In this document: piece by piece, positions 9,701 through 20,492 of the stretch
Layout of the letters: each line of letters begins with the position of its first letter
Numbering within the stretch: position 1 is the stretch's first letter
From: an uncultured Thermoleophilia bacterium
GTDB taxonomy: Bacteria > Actinomycetota > Thermoleophilia > UBA2241
Assembly (NCBI GenBank): GCA_963702475.1
Contig: CAVPCT010000005.1
Coordinates: 448,001-512,000, forward strand
Direction: 5' to 3'
DNA: 64,000 nucleotides
Translations under genes and position numbers: made by a program
Notes under the pieces: model-generated
What the model saw: the letters and a program-made list of their open reading frames with translations, nothing else
The model's database searches: none
What the model was told of the DNA's origin: nothing

Positions 9701-11662
9701 CTACCTCGCCGGCTTGACCTCGAGCACGTCGAGTGCGAACAGCTTCGCGTCCCACCAGTTCTCGTTGGTGCGCTGGCACGCCCACAGGTAACGGCCGTCC
9801 CAGGCCAGGTCCCAGGTGCCCTCGGACGCGGGGTAGATCCAGCCGAGTACGTGACCTTCGACGTCGAACTTGTAGATCCGGGCGCCGGGCACCCAGAAGC
9901 ACTCGCCGTCCCAGGCGATCCCACCTGTGGCCCACTCGTCGAGCTCGATCGTGGCCTTGACGCTGCCCCCGCGGTCCATCCGATAGATGGTCGGCGTCGC
10001 CCACCCCATGACGTCGAGATAGGTGCCGTCCCAGGTGACGCCCTTGCAGCCGCTCTTGGGGTCGGGCGTCGCGAACGTCGCGAGCTCTTCGCCCGTTCGC
10101 GGATCTACCTTCGAGATGCGTTTCTCGGCGAAGTCGACGACCCACAGGGAGGTGCCGTCCCAGGCCATCCCCCACGGCTGCGGGCCGGGAGCGGGGAACT
10201 CCGTGAGGACCGCGCCGGTGACCGGATCAAGCTCGTAGATCTGGCCCGTGCCGATGCTCGCGGTCCAGATGTGCTCGCCGTCCCACGCGACCGACCAGGT
10301 CAAGCCCAGCCCAGCCCCGAGCTTGCGCGCAATGCGACGGGTCTCATCGTCGGGGTACACGTACTGGTAGCGATCCAGCAGCGGATCGCCCGGGATGTAG
10401 CCGAGCGGATGCGACCAGTCGGCGGAGTATCCCAGATCGATCGCTGCGGGAGGGAAGAACGCGGTCTCGACACTGACGACGGGCTCCGGCGTATCTCCGT
10501 GCGCGTTGCCGGCGAACTCCACGTTGCTCACCCGCACGTTGTTGTCTCCCTGGCCGAAGCCGATACCGAAACCCCTGTTGTCCCTGATCGAGACCCCGTA
10601 CGCGCGCAGCGTGGCATTGTCGTCCACGGACAGGCCGTTGGCCCCGTTGTCGTGCACGAGGGAGCGGCGGATCTCCAGGTCGGTCGCGTCGACGTGCACT
10701 CCGTTGGTGCCCGAGCGCCACACCTCGCACTCGTCCATGGTGATCGTGTTGAACTGCTCGGCAGCCAGGCCGTTGTAGCCGTTCTCGACGATCTGGCAGT
10801 GGTCCAGGCGGCCGGTGCTGTCGGATTCGAAGTACACGCCCTCCCAGTTGTTCCAGCGGAAGACGCAGTGCGAGAGATCCGCGGTGCCACGCCAGACGTT
10901 GAGACCCTGCTGCGCGTACTCGAACACCGCGTAGCGGAAGACGCAGGGTGCGTCTGGGGCCAGGAGCCTGATCATGCTCCAGTCGCCGTTGCAGGGGGTC
11001 GTATCGGCGGACGTGAAGTAGATGGGTCGCTCGGCGCTGCCCTCGGCGAGGACGCGACCCTCGACCATGAGCGAGCAGCGTGGCTCGGTGCTGCGGTAGC
11101 TCCTCGTGGCTCGGAACATGACCCTGGTCCCCGGCTCGACCGTGAGCGTCACGTGCGGTGACACGACGACGGTGCCGGCGACGAGGATGTCGCCCGACCA
11201 CACGGTGTCGCGTGTCAGCGTGCCCTCCACGATCACGGGAGACGCGGCGATCTCGACGGTGGCCTTGAGAGGATAGGGACGTGCCCGGCGGCCGCGCAGG
11301 TCCTTGGCGTACACTTCGATGGCGTAGCGCCCCGCAGGTTCCGCATCTCCATGCGAATCACGGCCGTTCCAGGTGATCGTCCGCCTGCCGCTCTCGGTCG
11401 CGCGCCAGAGCTGCAACTCCCTCACGATGGTGGCCCCGCTCCTGACGACGACCCGCACGCGGCATCGCGCGCTGACCGAGTAGGTGAGCTTGGCCTGGTC
11501 GGCGACGCCGTCGCCGTTCGGGGAGATCACAGCCGGCTCCAGTGACACCGCGGCCATCCGGAGCGAGGCTGCCCGGGACTGCGCGTCGGAGACCGCCGTG
11601 ACGGCCAGCGCCACGAGCCCGAGCAGAATGGCGTGGCGCAGGAAGCGCACAGCCACACTCAT
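9701..11662 (-). CDS. Secreted multidomain protein: FlgD-like Ig domain + right-handed beta-helix + beta-propeller
   Basis: Signal peptide; ISPNGDG..D and TWNGRD (FlgD-Ig); N..NG repeats (beta-helix); repeated G(M/V/I/L)AWDG..LW blades. Confidence 0.8.
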   Translation of the reverse strand: MSVAVRFLRHAILLGLVALAVTAVSDAQSRAASLRMAAVSLEPAVISPNGDGVADQAKLTYSVSARCRVRVVVRSGATIVRELQLWRATESGRRTITWNGRDSHGDAEPAGRYAIEVYAKDLRGRRARPYPLKATVEIAASPVIVEGTLTRDTVWSGDILVAGTVVVSPHVTLTVEPGTRVMFRATRSYRSTEPRCSLMVEGRVLAEGSAERPIYFTSADTTPCNGDWSMIRLLAPDAPCVFRYAVFEYAQQGLNVWRGTADLSHCVFRWNNWEGVYFESDSTGRLDHCQIVENGYNGLAAEQFNTITMDECEVWRSGTNGVHVDATDLEIRRSLVHDNGANGLSVDDNATLRAYGVSIRDNRGFGIGFGQGDNNVRVSNVEFAGNAHGDTPEPVVSVETAFFPPAAIDLGYSADWSHPLGYIPGDPLLDRYQYVYPDDETRRIARKLGAGLGLTWSVAWDGEHIWTASIGTGQIYELDPVTGAVLTEFPAPGPQPWGMAWDGTSLWVVDFAEKRISKVDPRTGEELATFATPDPKSGCKGVTWDGTYLDVMGWATPTIYRMDRGGSVKATIELDEWATGGIAWDGECFWVPGARIYKFDVEGHVLGWIYPASEGTWDLAWDGRYLWACQRTNENWWDAKLFALDVLEVKPAR

Positions 11663-11996
11663 GCCGCACCCGCCTCTCGAGGAAGACGAGCAGTGCCGGG
11701 CGTCCCGCGGTCACCTACCTCGCGCCCGGCGACGCTCCACCAGCATAGCGGAACGCGAAGGCGGTCACCGTTGCGCGTCCTCGTCGTGGGAGACAACCGA
11801 TGCCGCGTCGTCACGGCGGACACGCGTCGCACTTCCGGTCAGGGCGCCGCGATCGCTGACCACTCCGTCTCGGCAGCCTGGGTCGCGTCCTTCCCTGGCA
11901 CGGCGGCACTCATGGGGTAGGAGCTGCGGGCGCGAGGCGAAGCCCGCAGAGGGTAGCGCCTCCTTCCTCCCGTGCTTCACGGGTGGGCCTGGGTGC

Positions 11997-12536
11997 TCAC
12001 CGGCCTCTCGGGAACCTCGGGATGAGGAAGGGCACGTCCCGCTTGTACGCGAGGTAGGCCTCGCCGAACCGCTCGGCCAGCTCAGCTTCCTCGAAGCGTT
12101 TGAGGTAGACGAGCAGCGAGGAGGCGAGGCCGAGGACCAGGGTCGTGCCGGCGACCGTTCCCGCACCGATACCGATGCCGAGGTAGGCGAGGATGCTCCC
12201 CAGGGTCATCGGATTGCGGCAGGAGCGGAACGGCCCCTCCGTCAGCAGCTCCTGAGTGGGCATCACCGGCAGTGGCGTGCCCCGGCCCCGATCCAGCTGA
12301 GTGACCACCGACCAGAGACCGAGGGAGAACCCCACGACCATCAGCAGTCCGCCGGCGGCGCGGCGCATCCGGCGCATCCCGAGGCGCGGGAGGCCGAGGC
12401 GGCGGTCGAGGCGCGGGCCGGCCGCGCCCACGACGAGTGGGAGCAGGCCCAGGAAGACCGGGCCGGCGAGCAGCGTCGTCGCCAGCCTCGTGACGGCGCC
12501 GTGCTCTCGCTGGGCCCAGGTTGTGTAGCGGGACAT
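11997..12536 (-). CDS. Isoprenylcysteine carboxyl methyltransferase / phospholipid methyltransferase family membrane protein
   Basis: GRGTPLP..PT..L..GPF...RNPM, EEAELAERFGEAY..Y...VPF.IP. Confidence 0.88.
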   Translation of the reverse strand: MSRYTTWAQREHGAVTRLATTLLAGPVFLGLLPLVVGAAGPRLDRRLGLPRLGMRRMRRAAGGLLMVVGFSLGLWSVVTQLDRGRGTPLPVMPTQELLTEGPFRSCRNPMTLGSILAYLGIGIGAGTVAGTTLVLGLASSLLVYLKRFEEAELAERFGEAYLAYKRDVPFLIPRFPRGR

Positions 12537-12568
12537 GTCCCTTCCAGGTGCGATCGACTCACGAACCG

Positions 12569-12765
12569 TCAGTTGCGCAGCCGGTCGCTGAGCGCACGGG
12601 TGAGCTCGTGCAGGAACGACTCCACGTTGGGCCCGCGGCGCGGGCGACCTGCGCCGCGATCTCCGCGAAGACGCCGTGGAGCGTCGAGGCGACCTCGAGG
12701 TCGTCGAGGTCGGTCTGGAGGGGCAGGTGGAGCGCTCGGCGCATTGGAGAGGTCGCGGTGCTCAT
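12569..12765 (-). pseudogene. Small hypothetical gene (~65 aa) apparently split by a frameshift near 12630
   Basis: GAAAGGAG RBS + MSTATSPMRRALHLPLQTDLDDLEVASTLHGVFAEIAAQVAR, continuing naturally in another frame as GPNVESFLHELTRALSDRLRN*. Confidence 0.5.
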
Positions 12766-12946
12766 GAGGTGCTCCTTTCCGCTCACGCCGGCCACGCCCC
12801 CACTCCCCAGGAAGCCGGCTCCCCACCGGAGTTGTTCCCCTAACGGTGGCGGGTCATCTGGCCGGCGAGGCACAGGGCGCGAGGTCCGTTCTGGGAACAA
12901 CTTCACCGGGGGGTGGCGAGTGTTCCCGCCGGAGGGGGCGATCGAG

Positions 12947-13885
12947 ATGAAGGACGCGCAGAACGGCCGTCAGTCGCAGGTCGGCGAACGGTCCGCGGCG
13001 TGGGCGTGGGTGTGCGTGGTGGTGGTGCCGGCGGTCTTGGCGGTGGCCCTGATCGCCGCGTGGATCGGTCTGGGCGACTCCATCGGCGGCGTCGGGGTGG
13101 TAGGCGTGGTGGTCGTGCTCATCGCCGCACCCACGGCCGGGCTCGTGCTGGCCCTCCGTGCAAGACGCGCAGGGCGGCGGTCCGGCACGGCGGCCGCGGT
13201 GGTGTCGGGAGTCGTTCTGGCCGCTGTGCTGGTCCTCGTTGGGGGAGAGGTGGTCCAGATCCTGACGTACGAGGTCCCCACCGTGCGCGCTCCGTCGAAG
13301 ACGGCGTTCGTCGTCGCCTACGACGGCGGCTTCTGGTTCGAGGTAGGCGGCGACGCGAACGCACCCACGGCCGTGGGTCACGATGCCGGCACACCCATCC
13401 CCGCCGACTACGACGTCGCCATAGCCACGGGCTGGAGAGGCACGTCCCCCGACCAGCTCAAGACCGAGCGATTCATCAAGATGAGGATCCCGGAGGCCGG
13501 CGTGGACATGACCTATGACCGAGGGACGGGCGGCAAGTCGGACAGCAAGGCCTATGGGGGCGGCGCGACCCTCTACGATGCGTACTGGGTCACGTTGCTG
13601 GTCCCGATCACGGGCTTCAAGCCGCCCGGCGGAACGCAGGTCTACGCCAGCCACTGGTGGGTGCCGCTGACCGACACCGAGTGGGAGTACGGCAGCGCCA
13701 CGAACCTCACCGCGGACGGGAAGCTCCCTCAGGGGACCTACACCGTCTACTACGAAGAGACCATGCAGGGGACGACGACGAGCGTGGACGGCATCTACGA
13801 TTGTCCGCAGACGCCCTACCACCCGAAGCCGGGCAGGAACGTGACTGCCCCCTACACGTTCACCGTCGGTCCGCCCGCGCCGTGA
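12947..13885 (+). CDS. Hypothetical membrane-anchored protein (about 3 TM helices + extracellular beta-rich domain)
   Basis: GGAGGGG RBS before the ATG at 12947; hydrophobic N-terminus, aromatic/Thr-rich C-terminus. Confidence 0.7.
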   Translation: MKDAQNGRQSQVGERSAAWAWVCVVVVPAVLAVALIAAWIGLGDSIGGVGVVGVVVVLIAAPTAGLVLALRARRAGRRSGTAAAVVSGVVLAAVLVLVGGEVVQILTYEVPTVRAPSKTAFVVAYDGGFWFEVGGDANAPTAVGHDAGTPIPADYDVAIATGWRGTSPDQLKTERFIKMRIPEAGVDMTYDRGTGGKSDSKAYGGGATLYDAYWVTLLVPITGFKPPGGTQVYASHWWVPLTDTEWEYGSATNLTADGKLPQGTYTVYYEETMQGTTTSVDGIYDCPQTPYHPKPGRNVTAPYTFTVGPPAP

Positions 13886-13943
13886 CCCGCGACCCGCGCG
13901 ACCTCGTGGACGTCCGCGCTGGCGAGTACAGAGACCTCCGTGT

Positions 13944-13975
13944 GGTCAGGGGTTCGACTCCCCTGCGGTCCACCA
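13944..13975 (+). other. Isolated 3' fragment of tRNA-Ala (positions 45-76)
   Basis: GGTC-AGGGG-TTCGACT-CCCCT-GCGGTCC-A-CCA: perfect T-arm, acceptor 3' strand and CCA; no D-arm or anticodon arm upstream. Confidence 0.85.
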
Positions 13976-14099
13976 CCTGGTTCACGCTCAGACACTACGC
14001 TCGTTTCGCTCGTTTCGTCGTATGGCTCCCGGCTCCTCACCGGCGCTTCGCACGGCGCGCCTGACCGCCCGGTCCCGTCCGCGCGGCGCGTCCCGCGGC

Positions 14100-15107
14100 C
14101 TACTCCAGCAGCTTCGCGCGCATCGCCGCGAGCTCGGCGTCCGTGATCGCCCCCGAGAGTCGCAGCTGCGAGAGTCTGTCGAGGGCGGCCTCCTTGGCGG
14201 CGTCCGGCATGCGGCTCGGGGCTCGGGCGTCAGAAGGATCTTCGCCGGAGGTCGTCGCCGCGCCCGTGAACACAGGACCGAGCGAGGCGCGGAACTCGTC
14301 GTCGGTCAGCGATCCCTGGGCGTGCAGCTCGGCCAGGCGCTGGACCTCGTCGGTCACCGGTGACGGCCTGCCCGACGGCGCACGGCCCTCCAGCCGCACG
14401 CCGGCCTCCGCAAGCACGGGAGCCAGAGCTTGGCGGACGTCGTCCGGGGCCACGCCGTCGAGTGCGAAGGCCTCGTAGCCGCGCGGCCTGAGGTGTGTCA
14501 CCAGGAAGGTGCGGTCCTCGGCCGTCCGCGCACCGAGGGTGCGCCCATCGGCCGAGATGGAGGTCGTGAGCCCCGACCTCGCGAGCACCTGCCCGGCGTA
14601 CAGGCTGACGCTCACCACATCGGTGAGCGAGACGGACGGACCGGGGCCTCCACCGCCTCTGACGCCCAATGCGAGGCTGGTCACGAGCATCGACCCGTCG
14701 AGCGAAGGTCCCAGGCTGGGCTGCCCGCCGACGTAGTGGGCGCGGGCGAAACGACACTGGAGCGGACGGGCGGCGGGCCCGAGGGCGCATGCGCCCGGGT
14801 CGGCGCCGTGCGTCGCCGGCACGGCGGCCGGCGGCGCCGCAGGTGAGGTCGCCGCCGCAGCCGGAGCGGCAGCGGTCGGCGCGACCGCAGTGACAGCCGC
14901 GCCGACCGCGCCTCCTTCCCGGTGCGCCAGCGAGCGCACCCACGCGCGGGTGCCGCCGGTGCTCCACAGCAGCGGAGTCACGCGGTCGTACTCGAGCACC
15001 TGCGCGGCGCTGATCGCGCCGAACCCCTGCAGCACGAAGCGGCCCTCGTCGTGCGTGATGGTCCTGCCGGCCCACGCCGTGTCGGCACTGAAGCTCGCGA
15101 CCAGCAC
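14100..15107 (-). CDS. Hypothetical protein with two C-terminal SHOCT domains
   Basis: DEVQRLAELHAQGSLTDDEF and LDRLSQLRLSGAITDAELAAMRAKLL; GAAAGGA RBS. Confidence 0.75.
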   Translation of the reverse strand: MLVASFSADTAWAGRTITHDEGRFVLQGFGAISAAQVLEYDRVTPLLWSTGGTRAWVRSLAHREGGAVGAAVTAVAPTAAAPAAAATSPAAPPAAVPATHGADPGACALGPAARPLQCRFARAHYVGGQPSLGPSLDGSMLVTSLALGVRGGGGPGPSVSLTDVVSVSLYAGQVLARSGLTTSISADGRTLGARTAEDRTFLVTHLRPRGYEAFALDGVAPDDVRQALAPVLAEAGVRLEGRAPSGRPSPVTDEVQRLAELHAQGSLTDDEFRASLGPVFTGAATTSGEDPSDARAPSRMPDAAKEAALDRLSQLRLSGAITDAELAAMRAKLLE

Positions 15108-15301
15108 GTCCCGTCCTTTCCGTCGTCGAGGCGCTGCTGCGCGCCGGGCCGAAGTCTACAGGCGCGGGCTCCCCGCCGGGAGGGCGCGTTCCCTGTCACC
15201 ACCGCGCCGGCCGGCCACCGCACGGCCTCCCCTTGACCGTGGGCCTGCGTGACATACGGTGTCGCCATGCAGCGCCGGGCGACAGACACGGGACGGACCG
15301 G

Positions 15302-17497
15302 ATGACGCGGGCGGAGACGCACGGGATGCGGGCGAGGGGCGACGCGCGCCACCCGCTCGTCTCGCGCGCCGTTCGCGAGGGGCGGCACGCCCTCGACGAA
15401 CGCGAGGCCAAGGCTCTGCTCTCGGCCTACGGCATCCCGACACCGCTGGGCGCCGTGGTCAGTACCGCGGAAGAGGCGGCGCGGACGGTGCGGGCGTTGG
15501 GCAGGCGCTGCGTGCTCAAAGCGCTCGGCCCCGACATCCAGCACAAGAGCGACACGGGCCTGATAGAGACCGACGTGCACGACGCCGCTGCGGCGCGAGC
15601 GGCGTTCCACCGCATCGTCGAGCACGCCGCAGGGCGGGCGGCCGGCGGCGTGCTCGTCGAGGAGTGGGTCCCCCACGAGCGCGAGTTCCTCGTCGGCATG
15701 CGCCGCGACGAGCAGTTCGGGCCGGTGCTGGCGCTCGGCCTCGGCGGCATCTTCACGGAGGCCGTCGCCGACGTCTCGTTCGCGCTGCCGCCCGTGGACG
15801 TCGCGGCGTGCAGAGGCTTGGTCGAGGGGCTGCGGAGCCGGCGGTTGCTCGGTCCTGTGCGCGGCCTGCCTCGCGTCGACCTTGACCGGCTCACCGAGAT
15901 CGTCCAGGCCATCGCGCAGCTCACGGCAGACAACCCGGAGATCCTCGAGATCGACGTGAACCCGCTGCTGGCGGCGGGAGCCGACCTGGTCGCTGCCGAC
16001 GCGCTGGTCATCCTCGCGACGGGCGATGGGCAGGGCGCATCCGACGCCTCCCCACCCCGGCCGACGCCCTGCCTGGCGGCCGTGTTCGAGCCGCGCTCCG
16101 TGGCCGTGGTGGGCGCCTCGGAGGATCCGGCCAAGTGGGGCGGCTCCGTATTGCGCAACCTCCTCGACGGAGGCTACGGCGGCGCCCTGTACCCGGTGAA
16201 CGGCCGCGGCGGGGCGGTGCTCGGGCTGCCGGCCTTCGCCACGCTCGCCGACCTGCCCGGACCGCCCGAGCTGGCCGTGGTCGCGCTCGGCGGCCCCCAG
16301 GCGGCCACCGTCGTGACCGAGTGTGGCCGCCTGGGCATACGCGCCGCCGTGGTCATCGCCGCAGGGTTCGCGGAGACCGGCGACCGGGGGGCGGCGCTCC
16401 AGCGTGACCTGGCCCGGGCCGCCGACGCCGGCGGCGTGACGCTCGTGGGACCCAACTGCATGGGCGTGCTCTGTACGGGCTCCCGCCTGACCGCGGTCGG
16501 GTTCGTCTCGCTGCACCCCGCGTGCGGCGGCCTGAGCGTCGTCTCGCAGTCGGGCAACATCGGTACCCAGCTGCTGATGAGCGCCGAGCGCCGCGGTGTG
16601 GGCATTCAGAAGTTCGTGAGCAGCGGCAACCAGGCGTCGACCGACGCCAACGACTTCCTCGCCTACCTCGCAGACGACCCGGCCACCGACGCGGTCTTCC
16701 TGTATCTGGAGGGCGCCGGGGATGGGCGTCGCTTCTTCGACCTGACGCGCGCGACGACGCCGCGCAAGCCCGTCGTCGTGCTGCACGGCGGGCTGAGCTC
16801 GGCCGGCAGAAGGGCGGCAAGCTCGCACACCGGCGCGCTCGCCGGCTCGTCCGAGGTGTTCGCGGCGGCGGCCCGCCAGGCAGGCGCGATCGTCGTGGAC
16901 GAGCCCGAGGAGGCCCTCGACGTGGCCGCCGTGCTCGGATCGCTGCCGCTCCCGGCCGGGCCGCGCGTCGCCGTGGTCACGCTCGGCGGCGGCTGGGGCG
17001 TGCTGGCGGCCGATGCCGTCGCCGCCGAAGGCCTCGAGCTCGCCGAGCTGCCGGGCGACGTGCTCGCGGCGATCGGCGGGCTCCTGCCGCCTTTCTGGAG
17101 CCACGGGAACCCCATCGACCTCGTGGCCACCGTGGCCGGCGGCGTGCCCGAGCGCGTGATCGAGCTGGTCGCCGGCGCGGACGAGGTGGACGCCGTGCTC
17201 ACGCTCGCGCTGATCGGCAGCCCGAGCAGCGGGCGCGGCGCCGGCAGCGAGGCCGCGGCGCCGGGACCGGCGGGCGGAGCGCTGAACGAGCGCGAGCTGG
17301 CACTGCTGGCGCATATCTCCGCCGTCATGGAGCACACCGGCAAGCCGGTCGTCGGCGTGCCGCTCTCCCCCGTGGAACGGGCGGTCTTCGCCGGAATGGG
17401 CCGCTTCGCGCCGGTGCTCCTGCCGAGCCCGCGCGCCGCCGTGCGCGCGCTCGCGCGGGCGGTCTGGTACGCCGCGCGCAGGCACGGCGCCGGCTGA
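15302..17497 (+). CDS. ADP-forming acyl/acetate-CoA ligase with ATP-grasp domain first (beta-alpha order)
   Basis: LDEREAKALL.AYGIP, HKSDTG, FGPVLALGLGGIFTE, EIDVNPL, then FEPRSVAVVGAS, GPNCMG, SQSGN, ASSHTGALAG; exact start uncertain. Confidence 0.88.
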   Translation: MTRAETHGMRARGDARHPLVSRAVREGRHALDEREAKALLSAYGIPTPLGAVVSTAEEAARTVRALGRRCVLKALGPDIQHKSDTGLIETDVHDAAAARAAFHRIVEHAAGRAAGGVLVEEWVPHEREFLVGMRRDEQFGPVLALGLGGIFTEAVADVSFALPPVDVAACRGLVEGLRSRRLLGPVRGLPRVDLDRLTEIVQAIAQLTADNPEILEIDVNPLLAAGADLVAADALVILATGDGQGASDASPPRPTPCLAAVFEPRSVAVVGASEDPAKWGGSVLRNLLDGGYGGALYPVNGRGGAVLGLPAFATLADLPGPPELAVVALGGPQAATVVTECGRLGIRAAVVIAAGFAETGDRGAALQRDLARAADAGGVTLVGPNCMGVLCTGSRLTAVGFVSLHPACGGLSVVSQSGNIGTQLLMSAERRGVGIQKFVSSGNQASTDANDFLAYLADDPATDAVFLYLEGAGDGRRFFDLTRATTPRKPVVVLHGGLSSAGRRAASSHTGALAGSSEVFAAAARQAGAIVVDEPEEALDVAAVLGSLPLPAGPRVAVVTLGGGWGVLAADAVAAEGLELAELPGDVLAAIGGLLPPFWSHGNPIDLVATVAGGVPERVIELVAGADEVDAVLTLALIGSPSSGRGAGSEAAAPGPAGGALNERELALLAHISAVMEHTGKPVVGVPLSPVERAVFAGMGRFAPVLLPSPRAAVRALARAVWYAARRHGAG

Positions 17498-17630
17498 GGC
17501 GACGGCCGGGCGTCCAGCTCGTCCAGGCCGGCGCTCTTCGGTGCCGCAACGCGTTCTCTTGCGGCCGGGATGAAGAGGCGAGGGGTCTGCACTACCATGG
17601 GGAGGCCTCTTCCTCCGGCAAAGGACCTGT

Positions 17631-18896
17631 GTGAGACGCTGGACACCGTGGAGAGCCCCTTCCGGGACTTCCGTCGCCAGGGCACTCGCGACCGCGTTCG
17701 CGACCGGCGCCGCCGGCCTCGCCGTCCTCGGCGCGCTCAGCGGCTGCGGACACACCGGCCCCGTCGACGACGAGAAGTCGCCGGAGCCCATCCACATCGG
17801 CGCCATCTACGACCTGTCCGGTGCGCAGGCGCCGCTCGACATCCCTTCCCTCGACGGCGCCCGCCTCGCGGTGGACCGCATCAACGCCGCCGGTGGGCTG
17901 CTGGGCCGTCGCGTGGAGCTTCTGGAGCGCGACGGCCAGACCGACGTCAACGTGGTCCGCTACGACGCCCGCAACCTGGCCCGCCTGGGCGTCTCGGCCA
18001 TGATCGGCCTGAGCGACAGCGACCAGGTCCTGGCGGCCGCGCCCATCGCCGCCGCCGCAGGCATCCCCTTCATCACCAGCGGCGCCACGTCTCCCCTGCT
18101 CCCCGAGCAGGTCCCCGACTGGCTGTTCCTCGCCTGCTTCAGCGACAACGAGCAGGCGGCGGCCGGGGCTGAGTTCGCCGTCACCGAGATGGGAGCGCAG
18201 CGCGTCGCCGTGCTGTACGACGAGGACATGGAGTACACCAGGCTCCTGCAGCACTACTTCGTGGAGGCCTTCAACGCGTACGGCGGCAAGGTCGTCTTCA
18301 GCCGGGGATTCAGCACCGGGGAGCTCGACGTCTCGCGACTCATGAAGCCGGCCGTGCAGGACGACGGGGACGGCGACTCACCCCAGCCGGTCGCCGTGCA
18401 CCTCATCTACGTCGCGGCAGGGCCTGAGGACGCCGGCCGCCTGGTACGCAAGCTCCGCGACGCCGGCTTCGGTCAGCCCATCATGGGCGGCGACAGCTTC
18501 GACAACGCCCAGCTCATCAGCGCCGCGGAGCAGTCCGGAGGCGGCGTGTACTTCACCACACACGCCGCCCTCGGCCTGCCCCACAGCTCGCGCCCCATGC
18601 GCAGGTTCTCGGCCAAGTACACGGCGGCCTACGGGCGCTCGCCCGAGAACGCCTTCGCCGCTCTCGGCTACGACACCGTGAACCTCGTCGCCAAGGCCAT
18701 CCGCAAGGCGAAGTCGGCCGACCCGGCAAAGGTCCGCGACGCGCTCCTCGAGATGCGCGCCTTCAACGGCGTCACCGGACCTCTGAGCTACGCCGGCGAC
18801 AGCTTCGTGCCGGTGAAGTCGGTGACGGTGGTGGCGGTGGGGCGTGAGGCCAAGCTCGCCATGCAGCTCACGCCCATCTACGTGCCCGAGCCGTGA
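17631..18896 (+). CDS. ABC transporter substrate-binding lipoprotein (branched-chain amino acid family)
   Basis: Lipobox LSGC; [33 protein letters not shown]. Confidence 0.88.
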   Translation: MRRWTPWRAPSGTSVARALATAFATGAAGLAVLGALSGCGHTGPVDDEKSPEPIHIGAIYDLSGAQAPLDIPSLDGARLAVDRINAAGGLLGRRVELLERDGQTDVNVVRYDARNLARLGVSAMIGLSDSDQVLAAAPIAAAAGIPFITSGATSPLLPEQVPDWLFLACFSDNEQAAAGAEFAVTEMGAQRVAVLYDEDMEYTRLLQHYFVEAFNAYGGKVVFSRGFSTGELDVSRLMKPAVQDDGDGDSPQPVAVHLIYVAAGPEDAGRLVRKLRDAGFGQPIMGGDSFDNAQLISAAEQSGGGVYFTTHAALGLPHSSRPMRRFSAKYTAAYGRSPENAFAALGYDTVNLVAKAIRKAKSADPAKVRDALLEMRAFNGVTGPLSYAGDSFVPVKSVTVVAVGREAKLAMQLTPIYVPEP

Positions 18897-18985
18897 ACGG
18901 CGGCGGGCGGGCGGCGGAGTCGCCACCCGCCCGCACCAAGCCTGAGGCCGGGGTCTGCCGGGCCCGGGGAGCCGGACCTCGTCGA

Positions 18986-19666
18986 CTAGTTCCTGAACAC
19001 GCCGAGGAAGTAGATGAGCTGCGCGATGGAGGCGAGGGCCGCGGCCACGTAGGTCATCGCGGCGGCCGAGAGCGTCTTGCGCACGCCCACGGCTTCACCG
19101 TCGGTCACGAGCCCCAGCGCCTGGAGCTGCTGCGCCGCCCGGCGCGAGGCGTTGAACTCCACCGGCAGCGTCACGATCTGGAAGAGCACGGCGAAGCCGA
19201 ACACGATGAGCGCCAGCGTGATCAGACCGGTGAACTGGAACACCAGCCCCATGAGCAGCAGGAAGAACCACGCCTGCGAACCGAAGGCGGCCACCGGCCA
19301 CAGGGCCGAACGCGCCTTCATGGGCACGTAGGACTGGGCGTGCTGGATAGCGTGCCCCGTCTCGTGCGCGGCCACGGCGGTGGCGGCCACCGACCGGCCC
19401 GCGTACACCGGCTCGCTGAGGAACACGCCGCGGCGCCGAGGGTCGTAGTGATCGCTCAGGGCACCGCCCTTCGCGGGATGGACCGGTACTTCGTTCAGGC
19501 CGTTGCTGTCGAGGATCCGGCGCGCGACCTGGGCGCCGGTCATCCCGTTCCTGACCGGGACCTGGCTGTTCACGGAGAACGTGTGCTTGAGCCACCCCTG
19601 CACGGCCAGGCCGACGACGAACGGGACGATGAAACACACCAGATAGAGAGTCCAACCACTCATCAT
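18986..19666 (-). CDS. Neutral zinc metallopeptidase (YugP-like)
   Basis: [18 protein letters not shown] (HExxH), [20 protein letters not shown]. Confidence 0.92.
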   Translation of the reverse strand: MMSGWTLYLVCFIVPFVVGLAVQGWLKHTFSVNSQVPVRNGMTGAQVARRILDSNGLNEVPVHPAKGGALSDHYDPRRRGVFLSEPVYAGRSVAATAVAAHETGHAIQHAQSYVPMKARSALWPVAAFGSQAWFFLLLMGLVFQFTGLITLALIVFGFAVLFQIVTLPVEFNASRRAAQQLQALGLVTDGEAVGVRKTLSAAAMTYVAAALASIAQLIYFLGVFRN

Positions 19667-19891
19667 GCAGACACACCTCGCGTCCCTGTAGCCGGTGGCG
19701 CCGCCGGGACGTTGCTGTCACGACGCCGAGCCCTTTATACCCCGTGGCGCGGGAATCGGGCTGAGAGCTTGCTGAGAACGATCCGTGGCCGGTCTCACGG
19801 TCGCGGCCGCGCGAGGCAGGTCGCGCCAACTCCACCCCCACAGGATCGGCGGGGGGTTCCGTGCAGCCGGGAATGCGGTAATGATGACAGC

Positions 19892-20356
19892 GTGACCGAG
19901 CTGCACTTTCCCAGAGACGAGTACTACATGCGCCTGGCGCTGCGCGAGGCGGAGCGCGCCGCGACGCACGGCGACGTGCCGGTGGGCGCGGTCGTCGTGC
20001 TGGACGGCGAGGTCATCGCCGCCGCCGGCAATGAGCGCGAGTTCCGCAACAGCCCGCTCGCGCACGCCGAGATGATCGCCATCGAGCTGGCCGCCAGACA
20101 CATGGGCAGCTGGCGGCTCCTCAACACCGTGCTCTACGTGACCATGGAGCCGTGCCCCATGTGCGCCGGCGCCGTCGTCCAGGCCCGCATCCCGCACCTC
20201 GTGTACGGCGCCCCGGACGAGAAGGCCGGCGCCGCAGGCACGCTCTACAACGTCTGCCAGGACCCCCGCCTGAACCACTGCCTGGAGATCACCAGCGGCG
20301 TGCTGGCCGACGAGTCCATCGCGCTGCTGCGCGAGTTCTTCCACGCGCGCCGCTGA
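19892..20356 (+). CDS. tadA: tRNA adenosine(34) deaminase
   Basis: [37 protein letters not shown]. Confidence 0.93.
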   Translation: MTELHFPRDEYYMRLALREAERAATHGDVPVGAVVVLDGEVIAAAGNEREFRNSPLAHAEMIAIELAARHMGSWRLLNTVLYVTMEPCPMCAGAVVQARIPHLVYGAPDEKAGAAGTLYNVCQDPRLNHCLEITSGVLADESIALLREFFHARR

Positions 20357-20492
20357 GCCCTGTACACGCTGCGCGCCGGCGCGGGTACCTCACGCCGGCG
20401 CAGCGGGCACGGAGAGAGACCGACCGCGGCGCCGGCCGGCGATAGAATCCCGGGGCCGCCTCAGTCCGGCGCCGTCCCGACAAGGAGCACCC

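Noticed and set aside
13944-13975. Fragment as an att copy of tRNA-Arg(ACG) or a tmRNA 3' end
   Set aside because: It differs from the tRNA-Arg 3' end, no tmRNA body is visible, and it pairs exactly with the tRNA-Ala 5' piece
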